A stretch of DNA of 64,000 nucleotides from Candidatus Limnocylindrales bacterium. GTDB taxonomy: Bacteria > Moduliflexota > Moduliflexia > Moduliflexales > JAUQPW01. Positions within the stretch are counted from its first letter, which is position 1; each line of letters starts with the position of its first letter. This document shows, one piece after another, positions 49,065 through 58,019 of the stretch. The DNA lies in assembly GCA_035559535.1 (NCBI GenBank), contig DATMBG010000032.1:1-64000 (forward strand). Direction: 5' to 3'. Below the pieces are notes generated by a model. It was not told the DNA's origin. It did not search any database and saw only the letters and a list, made by a program, of their open reading frames with translations. The position numbers and the translations under genes were made by a program.

Positions 49065-51314
49065 CTATTCGGCGCGCTTCTGGATCCTCACCTTTTGAAA
49101 GAAATGGGCACAGATCCAAACCCCTGAAATCAGAAGGGTCAGTAAGGTTAAAAATAATCCCAGCTTATATGAAGTGGGTTCATATCGAAATTGTACCACA
49201 TGTTCTCCTTTCGGGATTTTCACGGCCCGTTGTATATAGTTTGCCCGCCGGATCTCAACTTCTGTCTTATCGATAAAGGCTTTCCAGCCGGGATAAAAGG
49301 TCTCTCGTAAAAGGAGTAAACCCTCTGTAGGACGCTGCGTCTGAAGGGTTATCCGAGTAGGATGATATTCTCTGATAAGGACAGGATTCAACTTCTCGGA
49401 TTCCAGCACCGCAGATTCACGTGTAGAAAGCTCCCCATTTTGAACGGTGGATTTTGAAGAGGGTGCTAAAATGACGTGATGAACGGGATCAAAGTTCTCC
49501 TGGATCATATTATTGAGCACATCTATTTTACTTTCCAGGTAAGCCACAGGAATTACCCAATTTGCCCTCGGAGCAAATTTTTTAAGGCGATAAACCCAAA
49601 ACCTGGGTTCTTCAGAGAGGAAAGCCACTTCCAGGTTTTCGTTTTCTAGGGGTTCAAAGGTCAGCAGAAAGGCTGCATTGAGCATTTCAAGAAGTTTAAT
49701 CCTCAGAGGTAAAGGGGTGAGCTCAATAGCTTTCAGGATAGTATGGTAATGGGCCAGTCCTGCAGGTACGAATCCTTCTACATCGGAAATATGATAGAGC
49801 ATGCCGATATTGGATTCCAGGGTATCCCTCTGTCCGTACATATTACGATAAGATGCTGTACCGAATATATCCGTAAGGGGAGAGGGACGATAAATGCGGA
49901 ATGGTTCGTCTTCTGATTTCTCCTGCTCTAAATAAGAAACCAGAAGGGGTCTCTCCAGATAGAGTGTCTCATCGGCCAGGGAAATAACCCGGCTGTTGAC
50001 CCGGTATAAATCCAGGATAACCAGCAGAAGAAGACTCGGGAAAATAAAACGGATTTTGGGAAAGGTACCAATATAACCGGTACCTACACGGCATCGCTTC
50101 AAAACCTGATCTGCTCCAAATCCTGCCAAAGCAGCTCCGGCAAAGGTTGTCCAAAAAAGATATTTCTCCGGGTTCGGGATCATCCGAAATAAGGGAATCG
50201 TTTCGTAAAGGAAATAATAAAAAGGTGTGTATTTACCCATGGCCAGGATTAAGGAGAACAGAAAAGAGAGGGTCAGAAAAAGGGTAGTTTTGCTTCTTTG
50301 GGAGAAGATCCCCAACAAAAGGGATGGCAAAAGGAGAGCTCCCAAATATACACTGGGAAATAAAACGATTCCATCGGAAAAAAAGGATCTTCCCCAGAAA
50401 GACTCTGGAGGATTCAAGGTGCCTAAAAGATTCGGTATGAAAAATTCCAGAATTCTTATGGGATGAAAAGAAAATTTGGTTAAATACGCATAGTCTGCCT
50501 CCTGGCTCCTTAAAGCAAATTGAACCAATTCCAGCGTAGGTAAGAACTGTACCATAGAGAAACCAAGGGCATAACTAACTATCCCGATTAGCTTCAGAAT
50601 GATCTCCCTGCCCCTTTCCCGGACATAGAGACCTGCGTATCCTACAAGGGCCAGGCCGGTTAACATGACAGGGACGAAATCTCCTCCCAGCAATTGAAGA
50701 GCCAAAACCATACCAGCTCCCAAGGGAGGAAGGATAGATCGACCCTGTAGGGTCTTTTCAAAGAAATAGATAACCAGAGGAAGCCAGGACAGGGGAAATA
50801 AAATGTTTAAGTAGCTAATCGAGGAAATGGTAAAACCCCCATAGGTGAAAATAATGGCCGAAAAAAGAGAGGCTTCCAGAGATAATCCCCAATTTCTGGC
50901 CAGAAGGTACATAAACATTGAGGAGAGAAAGTAGGTCAGTACCAGGAGTAAGGTATATCCATAGGGAAAAGATAAGAAATAGAAAATAAAACTTACAGGG
51001 TGGAAAACGGCCGGTTCCAGAGTAGCTAAATGGGGAACACCAGATAAGACGTAAGGGTTCCAGAGAGGAAGGTATCCGGCTTGAATCGCTTCCTTATTAA
51101 AGGAAACCATAGGATAAAAAAAGGGAAGAATATCTTTTTGATGGAAGACTTTCCCCAAAAAAAGAGGTTTGTGAAAAAACAAAAGGAGGGTAAAGAGTAA
51201 AAGGAAAAAAGCTAAAGGAGAGCCCTGTCTATTCACAGGCCCTTTCCAAAATAATGTCTTTTCCACGTCTAATGGCTTCTTCATCGACTTGAACTTGCTG
51301 AAGTCCTGTGTCAC
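49065..51314 (-). CDS. YfhO family membrane protein (GT-C-like)
   Basis: LPLWNPYVLSGVP; Q(F)LPTLE; C-terminal ETFYPGWKAFID...GEHVVQFRYEP. Confidence 0.85.
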   Translation of the reverse strand: MTQDFSKFKSMKKPLDVEKTLFWKGPVNRQGSPLAFFLLLFTLLLFFHKPLFLGKVFHQKDILPFFYPMVSFNKEAIQAGYLPLWNPYVLSGVPHLATLEPAVFHPVSFIFYFLSFPYGYTLLLVLTYFLSSMFMYLLARNWGLSLEASLFSAIIFTYGGFTISSISYLNILFPLSWLPLVIYFFEKTLQGRSILPPLGAGMVLALQLLGGDFVPVMLTGLALVGYAGLYVRERGREIILKLIGIVSYALGFSMVQFLPTLELVQFALRSQEADYAYLTKFSFHPIRILEFFIPNLLGTLNPPESFWGRSFFSDGIVLFPSVYLGALLLPSLLLGIFSQRSKTTLFLTLSFLFSLILAMGKYTPFYYFLYETIPLFRMIPNPEKYLFWTTFAGAALAGFGADQVLKRCRVGTGYIGTFPKIRFIFPSLLLLVILDLYRVNSRVISLADETLYLERPLLVSYLEQEKSEDEPFRIYRPSPLTDIFGTASYRNMYGQRDTLESNIGMLYHISDVEGFVPAGLAHYHTILKAIELTPLPLRIKLLEMLNAAFLLTFEPLENENLEVAFLSEEPRFWVYRLKKFAPRANWVIPVAYLESKIDVLNNMIQENFDPVHHVILAPSSKSTVQNGELSTRESAVLESEKLNPVLIREYHPTRITLQTQRPTEGLLLLRETFYPGWKAFIDKTEVEIRRANYIQRAVKIPKGEHVVQFRYEPTSYKLGLFLTLLTLLISGVWICAHFFQKVRIQKRAE

Positions 51315-53658
51315 ATTTTAGCAGGTAAAAATCAGAAGTATGAATAGAAGCTATGGACTTATCGGTTGAATAGGGAACGGTAAACTTGAAATTTCCCGCC
51401 ATATCGCTCCTGGTAACATTCAAATAGGAGAATATCCGTTGTTGATTCGTTTGAACCTTGAGAAGGATGGATACAGGAATCTCTGCCCTGGTTTTACCGA
51501 TAATACGAGCGCCTGGTACATACTCAAACACCTTAATCCAGTGAACCGGTCGTGGCCTTCCTTCAGATAAAATCGTGTCGGACTCGTATAAGAGCCTGTA
51601 GTGTTCCAGCGCAGGAATCCATTTTTCTCTCTTAATGGCGGTTCCATCAAACTCATAGAGCCTTGTTTGCATCAAAGAATAAAATCGTTCAGTGGGAATA
51701 GCGAGCTGGGTCTGCCCGGACTCTTGAGGCAACGTTTTCATTTCAAAATAGGTGGCCGGATTTAACCCTATGGCTGCTGCATAACGAGGAAAGGCCCGAA
51801 GAAGATCAGAAACCAGGATATAACGGGCTTTTTTTTCGGTCAAGATTTGATTGGCCGTATCTTCATCCTCTGCCAAAAAAAACCGGGTGGATTCTTCAAA
51901 GGCGTAACCGTCATTGTCGGCTATTGCAGGTCGGTGTCCAATGTAGTTAATCCAACGACCAAAAGACCAATTGGCCAGAATTCCATATTGAGGTTGTTGG
52001 CGCAAACTGTAAAAATCCCCAGGTTCCGGAGAGAGTTGTTTGAGTTGGAGAAGGGTCTGATAGATATCTCGGGGAGGCCCCACAGGCAACTTAGAAAGCC
52101 CGGACAGATATTGCAAACCCGGGAAAAGAATCCAGATAACCATAGCAAAAAGTACCCCAAGACCTGTTTTTTGTTCAACCAAAATCTGAAAAAAGGGACT
52201 CTTTGTTTTCCATAAATTCCCATAGGCTTGCAGAAGGCGAAAAAACTTTTCAACAAAAAATCCGAGATAAATAGAACAAACTACAGAAAACAGGTACGTA
52301 TAACGATGCTGAAAGAGGGCCATGAATCCACTCAAAAGTGTCCAGGCGAGGAGAAAAAAAAGTCTGTAAAAATCACCTGAAGGGCTTTTTTTAACCTTTA
52401 CGGCGAAATAGACCCAGAAAAAGGGTACCAAATAAAAAATTCGAGAGAGAACTTTTTCTGCATAGGAAGTATCGAAGGAACCTTCGATAAAGAAAAGGGG
52501 TTTGTATTCTGAAATAGTTTGTATCCAGGCCTTTGAAGAAGACTGGATAACTTCATTCTCCCTTAAAACGGTTTCATCGGTTCTATTGGCCAGATAGATA
52601 GCTCCTTTCAAAATAGATGATCCCAGGAGCAGCGTAAGGGCCAGGAGAGAAAGACTTAGCAAAATAGCCGGTAAAATCATCCTTCGCCTCTGTTCCTTTG
52701 GCTTCTGTCTAAAAGAACCCATCAGGGACAGGAGGAGGATCAGAATCAGGCAAAGGAGGGTAAAAAAGAAATGGAACCAGGAAAACGTGACATAGGAGAG
52801 GATGGTAAACCGACCTGAATTCCAGAGATACCAGAAGGTTACGGTACCTATGAACAGAAGGGCAAGGAGATAAGCCTTGACGATTTCACGGAGAAGAGAG
52901 GTATCAAGCTTTTTTCTAAAAGCTTGATATCCCAGATAGATCAGAAGGTAAAGGGTTATAAACCCTATAAAAACTACGGATCCCTGCCAGACCAGAATGC
53001 AACCGGCCATTCCAATCCCCAGGAGTCGGGACGCGGGGACGCGTCCCCCTACCTCCGGGTCTTCGAAGCGAGAGATCAGTCTGAGGAGTGCTACAAACGT
53101 AAAGGTTGAACAAAAAACCTCAGCCAGATGCTGATCCGTCATTCCGATGGTCGAAATGGTAACATGAGCCGGAAGTACGGCGAGAAATAGAGCACTGTAG
53201 AGGCCGATGGTAGAATTAAAAATTTCCCGGGCTAATAGATAAATCGGAAAAATGGTCAGAGCACCTATAATCGGAGGGACCAAAGCTCCAACAACCTCGG
53301 TAAGATAGGTAGAAGGATTTCCCAGTCCAACTACCTTGGCAATCAAGGCAATAAAAAAATCGAAGAGAGGCGGCCAGATAATGTATCCGCCATGGGGATA
53401 ATTGGTATAAGGATCAAAGGCAGGTACCGTTGGAAAGTATTGGACCGTCAAGAGAACCCGTTTCATGTGATAGTAAGCATCCGGTCCATCAAAAAATACG
53501 GTATTCCCTTTAAAAACCGCGGGATAGGGAAGAAGTCGGATGAAGAGGGCCAGGATAAAAACTAAAACGAGTCTTGTCGCTAACTTCCTTTGAGAAAAGG
53601 AAGGAGGTCTGGGGGAGATTAAGAAGTCATCTATAGATTCTTGAACAGTGCGTTTCAA
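51229..53658 (-). CDS. STT3/AglB-like oligosaccharyltransferase
   Basis: GPDAYYH, FDPYTNYPHG, TDQH, TISE, NWSFG at the WWDYG position, VFEYVPGARI. Confidence 0.82.
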   Translation of the reverse strand: MKRTVQESIDDFLISPRPPSFSQRKLATRLVLVFILALFIRLLPYPAVFKGNTVFFDGPDAYYHMKRVLLTVQYFPTVPAFDPYTNYPHGGYIIWPPLFDFFIALIAKVVGLGNPSTYLTEVVGALVPPIIGALTIFPIYLLAREIFNSTIGLYSALFLAVLPAHVTISTIGMTDQHLAEVFCSTFTFVALLRLISRFEDPEVGGRVPASRLLGIGMAGCILVWQGSVVFIGFITLYLLIYLGYQAFRKKLDTSLLREIVKAYLLALLFIGTVTFWYLWNSGRFTILSYVTFSWFHFFFTLLCLILILLLSLMGSFRQKPKEQRRRMILPAILLSLSLLALTLLLGSSILKGAIYLANRTDETVLRENEVIQSSSKAWIQTISEYKPLFFIEGSFDTSYAEKVLSRIFYLVPFFWVYFAVKVKKSPSGDFYRLFFLLAWTLLSGFMALFQHRYTYLFSVVCSIYLGFFVEKFFRLLQAYGNLWKTKSPFFQILVEQKTGLGVLFAMVIWILFPGLQYLSGLSKLPVGPPRDIYQTLLQLKQLSPEPGDFYSLRQQPQYGILANWSFGRWINYIGHRPAIADNDGYAFEESTRFFLAEDEDTANQILTEKKARYILVSDLLRAFPRYAAAIGLNPATYFEMKTLPQESGQTQLAIPTERFYSLMQTRLYEFDGTAIKREKWIPALEHYRLLYESDTILSEGRPRPVHWIKVFEYVPGARIIGKTRAEIPVSILLKVQTNQQRIFSYLNVTRSDMAGNFKFTVPYSTDKSIASIHTSDFYLLKCDTGLQQVQVDEEAIRRGKDIILERACE

Positions 53659-53774
53659 AAACCTGGGTTTACGTCATGGCTCCGTATCATCTATAGAAAC
53701 GTCGTACATGGCGTTTTTACCAGAAAGAGTATTTAGTTGTTATTGGATAGATCATTCTAACAAAATTTAAAGAA

Positions 53775-53801
53775 GGCACAGCAGCAAAAACCTGCTGTGC
53801 C
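53775..53801 (-). terminator. Rho-independent terminator after pilA
   Basis: Perfect 10-bp stem GGCACAGCAG/CTGCTGTGCC followed by TTCTTT on the minus strand. Confidence 0.8.
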
Positions 53802-53819
53802 GGATATAAAGATATAAAA

Positions 53820-54287
53820 TTAAGTTCCTGAATCTGGGGATGCGATGAAGATTCCGTTACTGATCATCAAGTCATGGTCCCAGTTCCGATCATTACGAGT
53901 AGACGGAGTATTGATGGCACCGTCTCGCCCAGGACTTATAAGGGTGTAGGCATCTTTCGCTGTGGTCGTATAGACGAATGTATTCCCCCATCCATCTTGA
54001 TCGGGAATCGCAGCTATATATGTGGGGACTAAGCTCGAGATAAAAGCACTACCTGAAGCAGCCGGGTTACCGGAGTATTGAATGGCAATGCTTGCGTCCT
54101 GCATGTACTGACCCACTGCATTGGCGATCGTCTTCATGTCACCCATGGTTCGACGTTGCTTGGCCCTTTGGGTGGCATCCAAGAGGTTAGGGATCGCTAT
54201 AGCTGCGATGATACCGATAATGGCCACGACAATCAACAATTCGATTAAAGTAAAGCCGTGTTCGTTCTTTCTCAATTTCATTAGCAT
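53820..54287 (-). CDS. pilA: Type IV pilin (major pilin candidate) with a GspG-like C-terminal region
   Basis: G|FTLIE prepilin cleavage site; DGWGN...SPGRDG; AAGGAGG RBS; own sigma54 promoter and terminator; located in the pil cluster. Confidence 0.85.
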   Translation of the reverse strand: MLMKLRKNEHGFTLIELLIVVAIIGIIAAIAIPNLLDATQRAKQRRTMGDMKTIANAVGQYMQDASIAIQYSGNPAASGSAFISSLVPTYIAAIPDQDGWGNTFVYTTTAKDAYTLISPGRDGAINTPSTRNDRNWDHDLMISNGIFIASPDSGT

Positions 54288-54356
54288 ACAATATTTCCTC
54301 CTTATCAAAAGGGAACAAAGTTAATTTCTCACCGATAACAACACAGCTTTATGGAG

Positions 54357-54372
54357 TGCAGAATATATGCCA
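54357..54372 (-). promoter_or_regulatory. Sigma54 -24/-12 promoter of pilA
   Basis: TGGCATATATTCTGCA (GG-N10-GC). Confidence 0.8.
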
Positions 54373-54482
54373 GGGGAAAAAAGATCTGTAGCAGGGTTCC
54401 TGGAAAAGCTCTCCTTTGGGAATTCACGGGGAAGAGATAGGCGTTAAAGGAAAAAGAATTGAAGGAATAAGGGGAGGGTATC

Positions 54483-54520
54483 TGACAATTATTGTAGAAA
54501 TTGAGTGACGTATTTTGTCG
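54483..54520. promoter_or_regulatory. Two putative PilR enhancer sites
   Basis: TGACAATTATTGTAG and TGACGTATTTTGTCG (TGAC-N7-GTCA-like), 23 bp apart, about 110-150 bp upstream of the -24 element. Confidence 0.55.
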
Positions 54521-54534
54521 ACTTTCGACTCCAT

Positions 54535-56478
54535 CTAATTCCTGATCGAATACTTCTCTAAAAGAGCCGTTACCTCTTCTAATTTCTTCTGATAAGAAAT
54601 CCGTAAGGGAAATAACTCCACGGCCCTTTTCGTTTCAACGTAAGCACCGGCCAGATCTCCTTTCAGAAGGTACGCCTCTGCCAGATAAGCATGAAACCTG
54701 GGTACTCTAGGGTCCAGTTCAATAGCTTTTTGAAAGGCCTGAGTAGCTTCTTCGGGTCTTTTCAACTCCAGGAGTAACACCCCGGAGATTTCTTGCAACG
54801 AAGGACTTTTCGGATTATAAAAGAGGGCTTTTTGAGCCGTCTCATAAGCCTTTCCAAGATCCTTCTGCTCCCAACTCTCCTTAATCTGCTGGAGGTAACC
54901 CCGGGTAAGATAGAGTTGGGTGTTGACGGTGAAAAGATACAAACTCAGACCGACGAGGGAGAGATGAAGAATATAAAGGGGTATGGAAGTATGGGAGGGT
55001 GGGAGGATGGGGGGATGGGAGTGTGGAGGGATGGGGGGGTGAAGATCTGTAGAAGATCCTCCCATCCTCCCACCCTCCCATACTTCCATCCTCCTACACC
55101 CCCATCCTCCCACACTCCTGTTCCCCCCCAGCCCCAGCAGCATAAACCCCATCAATCCCAGGGAAGGCACATAGAGATCGTAATCCATAAGATTATGAAA
55201 ACAAAAGCATAGTCCGGCCAGAAAAAGACCCTGAACTAAAATCCGGTTATCCCCATCGCCAAGAGCAGTTAATCTGGTAAGTCCTCGGAGTATCCAGACT
55301 CCGGCAGCATAACAGATGGCTAAGAGTCCGGGCAGGCCGAGTTCTGACCCGATTTGGAGGTAAGAATTATGGACGAAGTTAGCCTCATTGGCGCCGGGGA
55401 GCATGTATTGAGGGTATATAATTTTAAAAGTACCCAATCCGGCTCCGGTCCATGGATAATCCATAAGGATAGAAAGGGCGCTTTTCCAGTTTAGAAGCCT
55501 TAAATAGGCCGGATGACGAGGGTCGTTTAAATCCCAAAGATAGATGCCCCGGCTATAGCCAATTAAGGTCAGGACCATAAAGATCCCCAGACAAAAAACC
55601 ATAAGATTCACAGCCTTTTTAAGAATCCCCTTTTTATCGATCCCTGTTGGTTTAAATAGGGGTAGAAAGGATTCTTTTTTGAGGTTTAGAAAGGACCCTG
55701 CCGGGGAACCCAGGAAAGAATAGGATAAAGTCAAGGTCAGGGCAAATAGCAAAGAAAGCCAGGCTCCATAGGATTTTGTTAAAAATAATCCGATAAAATT
55801 AACTCCCAGAGCAAGAATCCAACCGATGCGTTTCCATAGAGTTGGCGTCAGCCGGATCAAGGCCCAATTAACCGGAATGATCAGGATAAGATATCCGGCC
55901 AGATGGGAGGGCAATAAAAAATGAGAAAAGATTCTCCCGGATAAATCGGCCACCCGATTTTTCATCATCTCCAGAGTGAAGGGATCGAACTCTTGAGCAT
56001 ATTCGGTCAGATAAGGTAGGTAAGCAGGGTAGCGATAGAATTTTTGAAAAAGGCCATCTAAGGATACCAGGACGGCTATAATAACCAGGAACTGACAAAT
56101 CCTTTTTATTAGGTGTTTAGAAAAATAAGATTGGTTTATCAAATCGTAGAGGACGCAGTAAAGGAAAAAATCGAGAAAAGTCGATCGACTGGTAGAGGGG
56201 CTTAGGCTCCAGAGAAAGGATAGAAGCCCCCATCCTGACCCCAGGAATAGAAATTTATTCCAAAGGATAGGATCCTTTGAGGTATCCGGTTGAATTAAGC
56301 CCCGCATTCCTCTTATACAGACATATCCTAAGATAGAAGCTCGTACCATGAAGGGGCCGATTTCTTCGGAAGGGTATAGGGGAAGGATTCCTATGGGGAT
56401 TAAAACCAAAAGGATCAGGAGTGGATCTGTGGGGGAGGGCCGGGTAGCCGGCAAATTTTCCGATGTAAAACCTTCCAC
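54535..56478 (-). CDS. O-antigen-ligase-like (Wzy_C) protein with C-terminal TPRs; candidate pilin O-oligosaccharyltransferase
   Basis: RLLNW...PWTGAGLGTF...HNSYLQIGSELG; AFQKAIELDP TPR. Confidence 0.85.
   Translation of the reverse strand: MEGFTSENLPATRPSPTDPLLILLVLIPIGILPLYPSEEIGPFMVRASILGYVCIRGMRGLIQPDTSKDPILWNKFLFLGSGWGLLSFLWSLSPSTSRSTFLDFFLYCVLYDLINQSYFSKHLIKRICQFLVIIAVLVSLDGLFQKFYRYPAYLPYLTEYAQEFDPFTLEMMKNRVADLSGRIFSHFLLPSHLAGYLILIIPVNWALIRLTPTLWKRIGWILALGVNFIGLFLTKSYGAWLSLLFALTLTLSYSFLGSPAGSFLNLKKESFLPLFKPTGIDKKGILKKAVNLMVFCLGIFMVLTLIGYSRGIYLWDLNDPRHPAYLRLLNWKSALSILMDYPWTGAGLGTFKIIYPQYMLPGANEANFVHNSYLQIGSELGLPGLLAICYAAGVWILRGLTRLTALGDGDNRILVQGLFLAGLCFCFHNLMDYDLYVPSLGLMGFMLLGLGGNRSVGGWGCRRMEVWEGGRMGGSSTDLHPPIPPHSHPPILPPSHTSIPLYILHLSLVGLSLYLFTVNTQLYLTRGYLQQIKESWEQKDLGKAYETAQKALFYNPKSPSLQEISGVLLLELKRPEEATQAFQKAIELDPRVPRFHAYLAEAYLLKGDLAGAYVETKRAVELFPLRISYQKKLEEVTALLEKYSIRN
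54978..55118. repeat. Palindromic 8-mer repeat array lying in-frame within the ligase-like gene
   Basis: (GGGAGGAT/GGGAGTGT)n - ATCTGTAGAAGAT - (CCCATCCT/CCCACACT)n; same family as 7496-7575. Confidence 0.85.
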
Positions 56479-56548
56479 GTGTAGATTTTAACGTAAGAGC
56501 AACCTGTAGTCGCTCATACCCATCGATGAATTTCTATAAGTCTGGAGT

Positions 56549-57943
56549 TTAAAAAGGTTTCTCAGGCTTATCGATATCGAACTTATCTAATCGGTACCGA
56601 AGGGATCTAAAGCTTAAGTGGAGCATTTTAGCAGCCTGTTTTTTCACCCAACCGGATTTTTGCAGAGCCTTCATTAAAAGGCCCTTTTCGACTTCATTTA
56701 CAATATTTTCCAGATCGACCCCTTCCGGGGGGATATCCGGAATGAAAGGTTTAATCCGGGTGGATAATCCCCGTACACTATCCGGTAGACTATTTACCGA
56801 GATGACAGAACCGGATTCCAAAGCAACGGCACGTTCAATGGCATTTTCTAATTCTCGGATATTACCGGGCCAGTCGTAATCCATGAGCACCTTCATAGCC
56901 TCATCGGTTATGCCTGAAAAGGTTTTACCCAGTTCCTCACCATACTTTCTCAGAAAATGATTAACCAACAAGGGAATGTCTTCCTTTCTGTTTCTGAGGG
57001 GTTCAATATAGATGGGGATTACGTTGAGTCGGTAGAAAAGATCCTCCCGGAACGTGCCCTCCTGAACCATTTTTTCCAGATCTTTATTGGATGCAGCGAT
57101 AATTCGGACATCTACTTTAATATCTACGGTTCCCCCGACCCGCTTAAATTGTCTATCTTGCAGAACCCTCAAGAGCTTTACCTGGATGGTTGGGGTTGTC
57201 TCTCCAATTTCATCCAGGAAGAAGGTTCCTCCATCTGCCAGTTCAAATAACCCTTGCTTGTTTGCAATGGCTCCTGTAAAGGCACCTTTCATATGTCCAA
57301 AAAGCTCGCTTTCTAGAAGGTGTTCTGGAATGGCTCCACAATTTACCGTAACAAAAGGCTTGTTTCGTCGGGGACTGTTCTGATGAATGGCTCTAGCTAC
57401 GAGTTCCTTTCCGGTCCCACTCTCTCCCAGGATCAGTACAGTACTTCGATTATAGCTGACCTTCTCAATCATTTTTAGAACCCGCTGAAGGGCCGGGCTT
57501 TCACCAATGATAGCTGCCGAGGTATGCTTGGACTCCAGTTCTCGTTTAAGGTACCTGTTTTCTTCAGATAACCTTTTGCGTTCCAAAGCATTTCGAACGA
57601 TGAGCTTGATTTCTTCCACCTCGAAAGGTTTGGAGATATAATCAAGGGCCCCCTGTTTCATAGCTTTAACCGCGTCTTGGGTTGAAGAGAAAGCCGTAAT
57701 CATAATGACCAGGGTTTCAGGAGATAACTCTTTAATGGTTTGTAGGACCTGGAGTCCATCTACCCCGGGCATTTTAATATCGGTAATGACGAGATCGAAA
57801 ATGTCTTTTTGAATGGCTTTGATGGCCTGATTTCCATCTTCCACCACCGTCACCTGGTAACCCTCTTTTTTTAGCATGATGGCCAGGAAATCCCTCATGC
57901 TCCGCTCATCATCTACGACTAGAATTGAAAAGGTCTCATCCAT
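56549..57943 (-). CDS. pilR: Sigma54-dependent response regulator PilR
   Basis: Receiver domain; GESGTGKE; GAFTGA; WPGNIRELEN; SFRSLRYRL helix-turn-helix. Confidence 0.93.
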   Translation of the reverse strand: MDETFSILVVDDERSMRDFLAIMLKKEGYQVTVVEDGNQAIKAIQKDIFDLVITDIKMPGVDGLQVLQTIKELSPETLVIMITAFSSTQDAVKAMKQGALDYISKPFEVEEIKLIVRNALERKRLSEENRYLKRELESKHTSAAIIGESPALQRVLKMIEKVSYNRSTVLILGESGTGKELVARAIHQNSPRRNKPFVTVNCGAIPEHLLESELFGHMKGAFTGAIANKQGLFELADGGTFFLDEIGETTPTIQVKLLRVLQDRQFKRVGGTVDIKVDVRIIAASNKDLEKMVQEGTFREDLFYRLNVIPIYIEPLRNRKEDIPLLVNHFLRKYGEELGKTFSGITDEAMKVLMDYDWPGNIRELENAIERAVALESGSVISVNSLPDSVRGLSTRIKPFIPDIPPEGVDLENIVNEVEKGLLMKALQKSGWVKKQAAKMLHLSFRSLRYRLDKFDIDKPEKPF

Positions 57944-57962
57944 GGAAATTCGGTGAACAACT

Positions 57963-58011
57963 CCTTCTTAGCAATTCATCACGGTTGAATCCTCAAGAAT
58001 TGCTAAGGGGG
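57963..58011. repeat. Intergenic inverted repeat between pilS and pilR
   Basis: CCTTCTTAGCAATTC ... GAATTGCTAAGGGGG. Confidence 0.6.
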
Positions 58012-58019
58012 AATCGTAT

